From: a virus
Lineage: Duplodnaviria > Caudoviricetes
Length of the DNA stretch: 41,524 nucleotides
Direction: 5' to 3' (one strand)
Virus record (IMG/VR): IMGVR_UViG_3300025718_000162
Location: 1-41,524 of that record
Shown here: positions 27,220 through 36,916 of the stretch, one piece after another
Layout of the letters: each line of letters begins with the position of its first letter
Position numbering within the stretch: the first letter of the stretch is position 1
Notes under the pieces: model-generated
Told to the model about the DNA's origin: nothing
What the model saw: only the letters and a program-made list of their open reading frames with translations
Database searches by the model: none
Translations under genes and position numbers: made by a program

Positions 27220-29643
27220 TTATTTGCCTTTCTTTACTGTCTGATAGAGCACTTTCTCCCGCTCATATATATCCATCTCGACATCAGCGACTGGCTGACC
27301 ATAAAAGTGGCTGCACTCATTACGCCTATAACTTCGATCTTTAACAAATTTAGGTGGTGGTGTCATCTTTGCCAAGAATGCAGGAACCTGCACGCCGGCA
27401 TCAGGAACGATAACTTTATTAACTGCATAAAACCTATCAGGTGTCGCCAGTAAATCCTCTAGGCTAAACGGTGCTAGTTCTTCCTTTAAGTCTGTATATG
27501 TTTCTTTGCTGGTACCATAAATACTATATTGGCAACCGCAGTCTTTCATCGTTTTAGTCAATGCCCCAAAATCCCTAAAATCATGAGCCAAAAACACCAT
27601 CTTCAGGCGCCACTTTCTAGCCTCTCGAATCATATCATTCCAAAGCATTTTAGCGCTCATAAATTGATGAGGTTCATCCATGATAAAGCATACTGGCCTA
27701 CGCTCGCTTTCTTCCTGATCATACCGCGATAATATCGATAGCCATACCTTAGCAATCAAGAATGTAGTAATCCTATCTGTGGCAAGATCAAGCAGCTCTT
27801 CTTTTGGCACCCTAATCCCCACAAAATATGGACCGTTCTTGTCGCCATCAAGCCATTTTCTAAAATTAATTAACGGTTTGCCATCTTCACCAACCTTTTG
27901 CCGTTGCAGGATACAGTTACCCATATTTTCATTGCTCAGAAGAAGTGTCAGTCGATCCATGATTGGTTGTATAATTTGCCCCCTGGCACCTGGCTGCATA
28001 TCGTGTAATCCATTGATAGTATCATATACTCTTGGATTTTTAATTTTCTCTAAACGTTTTTCTCGGTACACATCAGATGCCAATAATAAAATTACCTCTA
28101 ATAGAGATGCTCTCGGATCTGTTAGCTCAGCCTTCCCTGCAGCAGACAAGTATCTTTGCATACGATCTGTTGTTTCGTATGTACTCAGCTGTGATATGAA
28201 ATTGACTAACTGAGCAGATAACCGATTAGACGCCTTTCGAGCCGCGCTAGTATCGCCCTCCGCGCCAGTCAGCTTACTTGCAAGCTCAGACCATGTGAGC
28301 GGTAAAGGCCAATCTGTATTACCAAAGTCAAGATCGATAATATGGTCCTCTGGGAATCCTACGGGTATCCCATCACGAATTGTATTAATAAGCTTACCGT
28401 CAGCAACATCCACAGCAAAAGCCGAGAACCCACTCTTTAAAAAGCCCAGAGCTGTATTCGCTCCCTGTCCATTAGTTTTACCGCTACCCATTTTCCCTAC
28501 TGCAATATGAGGTAAACACAAAACATTATGGTCCATTGTCTGTATTTTGGCAGTTTTTGTGATACCTCTGTCTGTTACATCACCCAGATTATAACCATCA
28601 TTGTCAAAAATACAACTTGTTAAAGTCACGTCTTTTCGGTTTAGTTGTTCAATCTCAGGGTATTCCGTCAATAAGGCATCTGTCGGTAATTTAATTAACT
28701 GAGATAATTCAGCCATACTGAAAATATCGCTGTTGAGTTTGATTGTCGGGGCACTGCAGGCTGTTACTTTTTGCAATGCCTTTTTCTGATCACTAGGCTG
28801 ATTAGCCACTAATTCATTGTCGCCATTTAAAGTTTGCAATGCTGTCACAATGCTCTTACCAATCATTTGTTGCCGAAAGCGGTCCTTGGATGAAGCAACT
28901 ATACGTATAGTCACATCAAAACCTTTATGCTTAGGCTTGTTAAGTGTATGAGTGCTTAACCCACCATCTAGCATTATTGCTTTACCTTCACTATCCATGC
29001 GCAACATATTTGAGGTAGCTTTTGTTTGTTTGGCTGGGGTAATATCTAAAATTTCAGCTACACTTTCAAGTACAAACTCACATATACCGCCAGCAACCTC
29101 CGCGGCTACTCTGGTGACCGCCACGCCGTTTATTTCTGTGCGCCTATGCAATATGCCACGTTGGAAATCAGACTTAACCTGCATTGCCTCTGTTCGCCAG
29201 CCGTCATTAATAGGTAACATGCAAATTTGTAAGATTGCAGAATCGCCATCCTGAAAATCTCGAACGACTGGTACCAAGGCGCTCAATACAGATCCACGTT
29301 TACTAGCGTCTAAACTCATAAAGAAGTGGTTTTTATATGTAATATCCCACACTGTGCCCCCTGTCAATACTGGTCGTTCTGTTTCTGTAACTTCAGCACT
29401 AGGCCATGTTGCCGCTAACTTTTGCATAAAATGCCCCTGCCATCTTCGCGGAATTGATAAATTGAAGGAAATATTACCAGGTGAATAAACAACTTCCCAA
29501 ACTGATTCTTCCTGCATGTAAATAATGCTGCCATCCACTTTTTCAAATCGGCGTAACGGTGGTTTATACAAATCCCATATAGCCCGCAACAGAGCTTCAG
29601 TATCCTCGTTTTTTACACCTCTATTGGGTTTTATCTTAAGCAT
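27220..29643 (-). CDS. VirD4/FtsK-HerA-superfamily ATPase (coupling-protein-like)
   Basis: Likely start MLKIKP at a TAATG overlap; Walker A GKMGSGKT, Walker B FIMDEPHQF, EARKWRL. Confidence 0.85.
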   Translation of the reverse strand: MLKIKPNRGVKNEDTEALLRAIWDLYKPPLRRFEKVDGSIIYMQEESVWEVVYSPGNISFNLSIPRRWQGHFMQKLAATWPSAEVTETERPVLTGGTVWDITYKNHFFMSLDASKRGSVLSALVPVVRDFQDGDSAILQICMLPINDGWRTEAMQVKSDFQRGILHRRTEINGVAVTRVAAEVAGGICEFVLESVAEILDITPAKQTKATSNMLRMDSEGKAIMLDGGLSTHTLNKPKHKGFDVTIRIVASSKDRFRQQMIGKSIVTALQTLNGDNELVANQPSDQKKALQKVTACSAPTIKLNSDIFSMAELSQLIKLPTDALLTEYPEIEQLNRKDVTLTSCIFDNDGYNLGDVTDRGITKTAKIQTMDHNVLCLPHIAVGKMGSGKTNGQGANTALGFLKSGFSAFAVDVADGKLINTIRDGIPVGFPEDHIIDLDFGNTDWPLPLTWSELASKLTGAEGDTSAARKASNRLSAQLVNFISQLSTYETTDRMQRYLSAAGKAELTDPRASLLEVILLLASDVYREKRLEKIKNPRVYDTINGLHDMQPGARGQIIQPIMDRLTLLLSNENMGNCILQRQKVGEDGKPLINFRKWLDGDKNGPYFVGIRVPKEELLDLATDRITTFLIAKVWLSILSRYDQEESERRPVCFIMDEPHQFMSAKMLWNDMIREARKWRLKMVFLAHDFRDFGALTKTMKDCGCQYSIYGTSKETYTDLKEELAPFSLEDLLATPDRFYAVNKVIVPDAGVQVPAFLAKMTPPPKFVKDRSYRRNECSHFYGQPVADVEMDIYEREKVLYQTVKKGK

Positions 29644-30002
29644 TACCGTGTCGTGGTCTGTCTTGATGCTGGAAGGGATTCCCCCTGGTACTGTTGTTGT
29701 TGGTGATGTCGGGGTGCTATGCTCTTTCCGACATCCACTCCCAAGTCCGCTAAAAAGGGGATAAAATATGCTGCTATTATCAGTACAAATCCTTTCCAAA
29801 AAGTTTTCCGTCCGGTTTGGTCGTCCAGCCCCCACTTGATTAGGCCGTAGAACATCGCGCAAATTCCCACTGGATATGTCAGTGCTTGGAATAATGATAC
29901 TATTGGGCTCAGCGCTGTACGCAACTGATCGTCTATCGCCAGATCCGCTGCCGACGCCGTATTTGATATTAATAACAGGCTTATTGTTAATACCCATTTC
30001 AA
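29643..30002 (-). CDS. TrbC/VirB2 pilin-like membrane protein
   Basis: AAGGAGG RBS, TTG start; signal peptide ending ASA, two TM helices (QALTYPVG...IIAAYFIP). Confidence 0.7.
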   Translation of the reverse strand: MKWVLTISLLLISNTASAADLAIDDQLRTALSPIVSLFQALTYPVGICAMFYGLIKWGLDDQTGRKTFWKGFVLIIAAYFIPFLADLGVDVGKSIAPRHHQQQQYQGESLPASRQTTTR

Positions 30003-30015
30003 ATTACCCGCCTCC

Positions 30016-30207
30016 TTAATCATTAACAAATATCACTAATCCATATAAAACAGATAATACACTTGAGTAATAAAACACCAAGCTGAGGGTATCTAATATT
30101 GCTGAAACGGTTTTAATGATACTGCAAAGCTCAGCTAAATTTGAAAATAAGTTTGCAAATAACATTAGTACTGTACCAATCAAAAATGATAAAAGTATAG
30201 TTTTCAA
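30016..30207 (-). CDS. Small hydrophobic protein
   Basis: GGGAGG RBS; two TM segments. Confidence 0.65.
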   Translation of the reverse strand: MKTILLSFLIGTVLMLFANLFSNLAELCSIIKTVSAILDTLSLVFYYSSVLSVLYGLVIFVND

Positions 30208-30289
30208 CGTCTACGCCTCCCTGTAGGCAAAATAAAAACGACCCATCTGAGCCGCGTTTTGCATATTCACTGTATCGCATTCACGATAC

Positions 30290-30319
30290 AGTGTATGTTG
30301 GACGGCCTAGTAAATATTC
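30290..30319 (-). promoter_or_regulatory. sigmaE-like sporulation promoter
   Basis: Minus strand GAATATT - 15 bp - CATACACT, matching both boxes of the B. subtilis sigmaE consensus (spacer 1 bp long). Confidence 0.55.
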
Positions 30320-30508
30320 CAGTTTAATGAATAAAATTATAAGATGTGGGGAAAATATTATTATAAAAATTATTAGGTTTGAGGTGATGATTATGGTTTA
30401 CCTATTACCATGGGTTTGGATAGCTGGTGGAGCTGCACTGATTGCGATTTCTAAATATAATGGGTGGAGTTAAGAGAACTGGCTGATTTATTTGGCCAGT
30501 TTTTATTT

Positions 30509-30763
30509 TTACAAAAATCCACTACTATCAATATCAAATTTATCCATATCAGCAGCCGCAACTATCACCGGATCCACCACTCGCCCATCTAATCGCCTAC
30601 TCAATAAAACTTCAATATACTCTGCAAGCTCGGGATCAATCCCAGCTTGCTTTTTCATTTCCTTTCGTGCCTTGTCTCTTACCCATGCTGAAAAGTTAGG
30701 GATTGCGCTAATAAACTCCCAAATATCAGGATCGTTAATACATACTAATTTCTTGTTGGCCAT
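30509..30763 (-). CDS. ParR-like small DNA-binding protein
   Basis: Overlaps the parM end; DPDIWEFI..IPNFSAWVRD. Confidence 0.7.
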   Translation of the reverse strand: MANKKLVCINDPDIWEFISAIPNFSAWVRDKARKEMKKQAGIDPELAEYIEVLLSRRLDGRVVDPVIVAAADMDKFDIDSSGFL

Positions 30764-31581
30764 TTCATCATCCCCAGCTTGTAATAACCTGCAGCGTTAC
30801 TCCAAATCGGATCAGCAGACATTCTAGCTGTCGGATAATATTGTCGTAGCCATCGCTCCATCAGCAGGGCACCGCCACCGCATAATAAAACTGTTTCAGT
30901 CCGAATGTTTAGCCATCGGCGGGACAGGTCTGCATATATCCTTCTGGCTAATTGCTCTGCTGTTATGTCGTTGGGACTATCTGACACGTTACTGAGTTCC
31001 AAGCATCCGTAATTTAATGTTAGGCTATCAACATCTCTAAACCTATTTTGTTGGACACATACAGCATTTACCGTTCTGCTACCTAAGTCGATTATAAAAC
31101 AACGTCCATATAGTGACTCTGACCAATATGCGCCCCCACCTTCAATGCCAACTGCTATATCATCTTCGCCGAGTACTATAGTGGACCGTTTGCCGTTGAC
31201 CTCGACATCATGTCGACCTGATAACAGTTTGATGTACTGTTGTTTGATGACTGTCGTGTGTTGTTCCACCGGCAGGCCCGTTACCAATCTAATCCGCTCT
31301 CCTGGTATGGCCACTAATGCTAATGCTGTCAATGTTAGTATTTTAGTTTCCTCATGCAATTTTGACTGACTAACCATTTCCCTGCAGAATCTTGACTCCT
31401 GCCGAGCTAACTCACCAACAAAAAACCGTTCGCCATTAATAGTGACATCATAGTCACCACCGTCTGAGATTCGCCTGTCTCGCCACTCACCGACCACCGA
31501 GGGCATTATTAATCGTTTGCCGTTTGTGATCGTCTTGCCTGTGTTACGACCACAATCATTGGCTATTAATTGGGTACCCAT
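30745..31581 (-). CDS. parM: ParM/StbA actin-like ATPase
   Basis: DCGRNTGK, VTGLP, IDLGSRTVN, LCGGGA, NAAGYY. Confidence 0.9.
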   Translation of the reverse strand: MGTQLIANDCGRNTGKTITNGKRLIMPSVVGEWRDRRISDGGDYDVTINGERFFVGELARQESRFCREMVSQSKLHEETKILTLTALALVAIPGERIRLVTGLPVEQHTTVIKQQYIKLLSGRHDVEVNGKRSTIVLGEDDIAVGIEGGGAYWSESLYGRCFIIDLGSRTVNAVCVQQNRFRDVDSLTLNYGCLELSNVSDSPNDITAEQLARRIYADLSRRWLNIRTETVLLCGGGALLMERWLRQYYPTARMSADPIWSNAAGYYKLGMMKWPTRN

Positions 31582-31726
31582 GCTATCAGCTCCCTATATA
31601 TATTTTTGTATGTCTGTTTGGATATATTAAAAGATATGTCGAGGTTATATAAAAATGCATGTCCATAATAATTTATATTACTAACATTTTTTTAATATCT
31701 CTTGATGGGCATAAAAAAAAGACCCA

Positions 31727-31954
31727 TCATTCAGGGTCTTGTATCTCGTTTATTAAATCTTCAAGATGAAGGTCTAATTTGATCTTTTTTAAATTATTAA
31801 AGGCTACCCAATAACTATTTATATCAGGCTCAACATCATGGTTTTCCCATCTGCAGTATTGATTATAATTTTTAAAACCACATATTTTAGCAAACTCTTT
31901 CTTGCTATTAATTTTTAGTTCATGTCGAATATCGTTGAATTTGTTTTTTAGCAT
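31727..31954 (-). CDS. XRE-like HTH regulator
   Basis: Likely start MLKNKF; KKEFAKICG...QYCRWEN...EP. Confidence 0.75.
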   Translation of the reverse strand: MLKNKFNDIRHELKINSKKEFAKICGFKNYNQYCRWENHDVEPDINSYWVAFNNLKKIKLDLHLEDLINEIQDPE

Positions 31955-32048
31955 AATTCCACCTACAACATCTTTTCTTGCCATATAAGTATTATACGGT
32001 ATAGCTAGTTTATAAATAAATTAGAGCCTAGTTATAACTTGAAAAACA

Positions 32049-33257
32049 TCAGTTATCAGTTGTCCACGTAAGTTTATTCTTTTTGCAATCACAGATAATC
32101 CATATATCTTTTTTATCTGTATTCCCTAAAGGACCTTCCCCCACATAGCCACCTTTACCATTACATTTTTTGCATTGCTCATCTAATGATGATTGACCCT
32201 CAAATAACGTTGGCATCACTTCAGCAACTTGTGCCTTACTAACATATGTAAGCTCTACACGATTTTTCTTTTCAGTATCATTTTCTATAAAATGCCATAA
32301 TGTTTTGCCCAGCTGATCTAGTGGTTTTCCAGCTTTCTTTACATTTTTATCAAAGTAGCACAGATTTCGGCGGATAGTATTCCATGATTTTTCTATGATA
32401 GTTTTTTCGGCAAGAGATATTGGGAAACCGCGTGCAATCAACTCACCGGATAGGTTTTCCTTATCTGCATACGTTTCTATGGTTTGGCCTTCCTTTTCTT
32501 CTATGTGAAACGCGAGTGCAATTGTTTTTTCACGACCACGGACTGCTCGTAAACGTTCTTCTTTTATTTCTTCGACTTGAGGAATAGTAATATATGATTT
32601 TACGTTGATTTCTTGTATTGTTTTTTCTAGAATTGTTTGATTAAAATTGCTAATTCGAAACAATGATTTATTACCTTTTTTCATCTTAGGAGATATAATA
32701 GTGGCCATTAACTCAGTGATTGGAATAATAATAGGTGATATTTTATCAGATGCTATATACCTTGAAACAATTAAGGCTAATACTCTCATTGTGTATTGAG
32801 AAGAAAAACCATAGGTCATCGTAAGTTTATAAATAGGTGATTCACTTGTGGCAATGATTGCAGGCAAAATCTCATCGTTAAAACGTCCAATAATCATGTC
32901 GCTCTTAGGATCAAATCTAATAAGACGGAAAATTGGTACCGCTTCAAAGGCTACTAATTCGTCCTTGGATTTATTTTTAGCTGCTGTCATATCTATTTTA
33001 CACAAAGACTCGCCAGGCAATTTCATGCAAGATGTTGCTACTTGTTTCCTCACACTGTCTAATCTACGTCCCATGATTCGTGCCATATTTCGTATATCAA
33101 TGCAGATTTCTTCGTTTGGCCTTGTCCTATCAAAATTTGCGAGAAGGCTATGCACTACCCATTGATCAGAAAGTCCAATATCCATGCAGTTATTGGCTAG
33201 CTCGGTAGTATAAGGGATTCGTGAATTTTCTTGTACTAAAGTGATACCTCTTGTCAT
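32049..33257 (-). CDS. Plasmid replication initiator (Rep_3-like) with C-terminal Zn ribbon
   Basis: FSSQYTMRV, I.ITEL, NFNQTILEKTIQEIN winged-helix motifs; CKKCNGKG...CDC; adjacent iterons. Confidence 0.8.
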   Translation of the reverse strand: MTRGITLVQENSRIPYTTELANNCMDIGLSDQWVVHSLLANFDRTRPNEEICIDIRNMARIMGRRLDSVRKQVATSCMKLPGESLCKIDMTAAKNKSKDELVAFEAVPIFRLIRFDPKSDMIIGRFNDEILPAIIATSESPIYKLTMTYGFSSQYTMRVLALIVSRYIASDKISPIIIPITELMATIISPKMKKGNKSLFRISNFNQTILEKTIQEINVKSYITIPQVEEIKEERLRAVRGREKTIALAFHIEEKEGQTIETYADKENLSGELIARGFPISLAEKTIIEKSWNTIRRNLCYFDKNVKKAGKPLDQLGKTLWHFIENDTEKKNRVELTYVSKAQVAEVMPTLFEGQSSLDEQCKKCNGKGGYVGEGPLGNTDKKDIWIICDCKKNKLTWTTDN

Positions 33258-33429
33258 GGATATTCCTCCTTTGCAAGCATTTTACACATATTCTAAATAA
33301 TTTTGTCAATTCCTGCTAGTTTTTAATATTCCTCCATAATTACTTGCCGAAATAAATCGTTATTATTTGGTGGTATTTTAGGCCTATATTTATTAAATCT
33401 TCGTATAAGATATATATAAGGGGGCAAAA

Positions 33430-33715
33430 AACGCTGTGGATAACTCTGTGAAGCCTTATGGCGTATGGGTTATATCGGCAAGTCGTAGAGCATGCCTTAA
33501 TTACACTACATCTTGCCTAAATATTATCTTCGATTAAGGCAAGTAATTATGGTATTAAGGCAAGGTCTAGAGCATGCCTTAATATATAAGGCGCTTTGAG
33601 AAGCAAATATGTAGGAAAAATCTAAAAGGCAAGTAATTGTGGAAGTTATAGTTAGTATAAATGGCGCCTTAGTCAGATGTAAGGAAGTTATTTAATTAAG
33701 GCAATAAATTATGGG
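33430..33715. repeat. Plasmid oriV: DnaA box and iterons
   Basis: TGTGGATAA at about 33435; multiple TTAAGGCA(AG)/TGCCTTAA copies; TAGAGCATGCCTTAAT twice. Confidence 0.75.
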
Positions 33716-34294
33716 GAACTTTTAAAAAGTCCATAAATTTCATAACTTTATCTCCTTTTTACCATTTTCCTCACGCTTTCGCAAAGGGTAATAAATTCCT
33801 GTGTATAAAATAAAAATATCATCTTACACCCTACATACTACTTATTTTGACCGCTATCCCCCCTGGCTTGACCGCTGTGGGGTTTAATTTGTTTGGTTAT
33901 AGGTTTGTACTCAGTCTATTAATTTACAACAGGCGAAGAATGTATGATATCTTAATATTTTAATGATTCGTTGGAGCGCTATTGAACAAACCTCTAAGGA
34001 CTGATGAATGGGAAGATAGCCCATTCATTGCTCGTCTGTTACTGCCACATTTAGTCCTTACGCTGTTTTCTTTTCAATGGTGACATACTTAGGTTTCCTA
34101 TCTTTAACACCTTATTCTCGTTATGTCGCTACTAAAGCAAACAAAAACTGAGGGCGTAAGTAATGCTATCTAGAGAAAAAGTAATGAAAAGACCTTTATA
34201 TTCTATTTATTTGCGTTAAAACCCTCAAAAATACGTAATAAGAGGGTGTTATCGACTTGATAATGTTTTCATAATCGGTTATTATTATAACGTA

Positions 34295-34436
34295 AAGAGA
34301 ATACTATTTAACGAAAGAACTTTCTGAAGATGGAACAGGCGGCCATCACTACGTCGCAAGACGGTGGGAGATGCAGGAATTGCCACCCTGCCTAAAGTTT
34401 TTTCGGCTTAGGTCACGGTTTTATACCGTGGCCTTA
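34295..34436 (+). ncRNA. Putative structured small RNA with its own promoter and terminator
   Basis: TTGATA (34257), 17 bp, TATTAT (34280); 12-bp closing stem, three hairpins, GCAA tetraloop, kissing loops; terminator 34409-34436. Confidence 0.7.
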
Positions 34437-34437
34437 T

Positions 34438-34806
34438 TTATGTTAGTTTATATTTTTCAAACAAACCTGCTTTTTCAAATTTTTCTTCCTGATCACCGAC
34501 ACGATAAACACTACGTGCAAAGTACTTGCCGCCACCGCTCGGACGTATAGGGACAGTAACCTTTACGTCTAAATTCTTTATATACTGCAAGGACCCTTTA
34601 TCATTTGGGTTTGGAATAACATAGTTTGGGTTTGCAAGTATATTTTCTATTTCACAGAAATACTTAGCAAAGTCTTCTGGGTGGCTTGCTTTCATATGGT
34701 CAATATTAGTATCTCCGATAAGAATTGGTGCTCCTGGGGCAATCGTCAATCCTAATAAGGTAATAACATTTTGTTTCATCTGGCCTACTTGTTTCATTTT
34801 TCTCAC
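34438..34806 (-). CDS. PBECR-type (Barnase-EndoU-ColicinE5/D-RelE-like) nuclease-fold protein
   Basis: IDHMKASHPEDFAKY...ILANPNYV..NP...LQYIK...YFARSVY. Confidence 0.7.
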   Translation of the reverse strand: MRKMKQVGQMKQNVITLLGLTIAPGAPILIGDTNIDHMKASHPEDFAKYFCEIENILANPNYVIPNPNDKGSLQYIKNLDVKVTVPIRPSGGGKYFARSVYRVGDQEEKFEKAGLFEKYKLT

Positions 34807-35038
34807 CGCCTTTAATTCGCATATATTTATTATGAAAGTTGGTTCGTGATAGTTTACATTTTACACTACTTATAGGAACGTTCCAACGACCGAAAACACT
34901 CATATTTGATGATTATGGTATATCCTGTTCTACTCCTTTTGTGGACACTGTCTTGCATAGTTATATGATTTGGTCATGGAATAAAGTCTCATTTCTGCCG
35001 TTTTTCGTACTAATACAAGAATTTAATCGATGTTTGGT

Positions 35039-35890
35039 TTATTGTGCATCAACTGGGTTCGGAGGTTGTACAAAATTAACAGGTTGAAGGCCCCTAATAT
35101 GCTCAATTGGAGCATTACATAGCTGTGATATAGCAATTTTTTGATTCTTAGGGATAAGCAATTTATCTTCTTCACCAATAGCAATGCCTATTATTTCAAC
35201 GTCTGTAAATTGAATATTGCTAGTAAAACTGCGAACACTGCTTATACGTGGCGTATCAATAATATACTCGGGGTTGCTATAATGATCGAGGTAGACAAAA
35301 GCGTTAAAATGGTCTGGTCCTTTAGGGTAAGTTTTTTTCGTTGTTACGACTATCCCCTGAACACACCCTGTGCCTTGTTTTTCATTCCACTGAAAGAGAT
35401 GAAATGCACGGTATATAGATCCTACTACCCTTTCCTTGAGCCTTGCATCTAAGATGGCTTTTTCGAAGATACTACCCAAACTTCTTTCAATAGTTGGTTT
35501 GACTGGGTAAATGTTAAGTGAGTATGGCAGCAAGTAGGTGGTGCTGGATGAGTTACTTCTCTCACGCACAACTAGTCCGACGTCTTCTAATTCCTGAATG
35601 TAGTTATCAATGGATCTTGATGATACATCCATGTATTCTGCCATACTTTTGATTGAGTACCAGGATTCTCCACTGCGCTGTGCCACTAACCCAAGAAAGA
35701 TATATAATTTGCAGGCTCCCCCGCTTAACTTCTTCAAATGATGATCAACGAACTCTTTAAATATTGGGAAAAATATAGTATTAGAACTCTGATTAAGGCT
35801 CTTCCATTGACTCCAGTTCTTTTTTAAGAGCTTATTGCGTTCAAACTCTAGTTCATTTTCATCAAATATGTTAATAGTCACTTCAACCAC
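35039..35890 (-). CDS. Winged-HTH (HTH_36-like) protein
   Basis: LSGGACKLYIFL...GESWYSIKSMAEYMDVSSRSIDNYIQELEDVGLV. Confidence 0.8.
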   Translation of the reverse strand: MVEVTINIFDENELEFERNKLLKKNWSQWKSLNQSSNTIFFPIFKEFVDHHLKKLSGGACKLYIFLGLVAQRSGESWYSIKSMAEYMDVSSRSIDNYIQELEDVGLVVRERSNSSSTTYLLPYSLNIYPVKPTIERSLGSIFEKAILDARLKERVVGSIYRAFHLFQWNEKQGTGCVQGIVVTTKKTYPKGPDHFNAFVYLDHYSNPEYIIDTPRISSVRSFTSNIQFTDVEIIGIAIGEEDKLLIPKNQKIAISQLCNAPIEHIRGLQPVNFVQPPNPVDAQ

Positions 35891-35946
35891 ACCTTTCTAC
35901 ACTTCCATTATTGACAGTATAACCTGTACAGATTTACGCGTCAAAA

Positions 35947-35990
35947 GCAGTATTTTTCGTAAAATATATAATGGTAACGAAAAATACTGC
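35947..35990. promoter_or_regulatory. Perfect 14-bp inverted repeat upstream of the wHTH gene
   Basis: GCAGTATTTTTCGT-16 nt-ACGAAAAATACTGC. Confidence 0.6.
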
Positions 35991-36258
35991 GTAGTATATT
36001 GAAACAGAATACGTATAAAGCATAGAATACATAGGATATTATAGATAACACATAGTCAATGATTCATATGAAAAACTGGGCGCGAAAAATAACAGCAACT
36101 TTTAAAAAAATAAAAATTTTTACCACCCTACCCTAAATAGCGAAAGGGCTACGATTATTTCTCGTAGCCCTTTGATTTATTTCCCTGAGTTTCGTAATCC
36201 ACATTTAATAAAAAATGGCGCCTTTATCAGACACCATTATATTAGTACATTACCCTTT

Positions 36259-36819
36259 TTAAGATAGAGCATTAAGTTTCGCGAAACGTATCATTTCTCC
36301 CCAGTCCTTAAGACGCATAACTGAAAAATCTTCTACGCCCGGCATGTTCAAAAAAGAATCATCTTCTGCTTTGAGCAGATTGGGGTATTTAAGACAAAGC
36401 CACGCTATAAAAGTAGAAAACTCAATTGAGAAAACATAATCTTCCCCCTCAACAACTTTTAGGCAGCGGATAGCCTCAAAGATACTAAAATTATTTAGAT
36501 CCGTTTCAAATTCAATTGAGATTTTTCCCTCCTTTAAGTCTCTATCAGCATGCTTGAAAAAATTCTTTGCTTCATTGATCTTTGAATTCCATATCTTGCG
36601 AGAATCGTCATTAATGTAAATTGTATTGTAGTGATGTATCAGATTGTTGTCCCAAACTTCACCGATATCAGTGATATGATCATTCAATATTTGGAGAGAA
36701 GCACCAACTAGCGTGTGTATTGAAACAGGGTCTCTTTCTTCAAAAAATAAATTAATGGCTTCTATTAATTGGGTACGAGCAGCGCTGATTTTGGTTACAT
36801 TAATTTTCATATTAATCAC
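36259..36819 (-). CDS. Hypothetical protein
   Basis: 186 aa; AARTQL.EAI.LFF...SIHTL and NFFKHAD motif (HEPN-like, uncertain). Confidence 0.7.
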   Translation of the reverse strand: MINMKINVTKISAARTQLIEAINLFFEERDPVSIHTLVGASLQILNDHITDIGEVWDNNLIHHYNTIYINDDSRKIWNSKINEAKNFFKHADRDLKEGKISIEFETDLNNFSIFEAIRCLKVVEGEDYVFSIEFSTFIAWLCLKYPNLLKAEDDSFLNMPGVEDFSVMRLKDWGEMIRFAKLNALS

Positions 36820-36916
36820 CCCTCGTTTTTTGTAATAATTCGTTAAGATATGCTCTGCACCTCTTTATAAATAAAAAAGCACCGCCTACCAATTAAGGTA
36901 GACGGTAGAACTCACA

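Noticed and set aside
29644-29997. N-terminal 118 aa of the 925-aa ORF
   Set aside because: Overlaps the pilin-like gene, which has the RBS and signal peptide; a TAATG coupling at 29643 gives a better ATPase start
33995-34045. Hammerhead ribozyme (CTGATGA)
   Set aside because: No GAAA after the stem; the ATGA is itself paired in a plain hairpin
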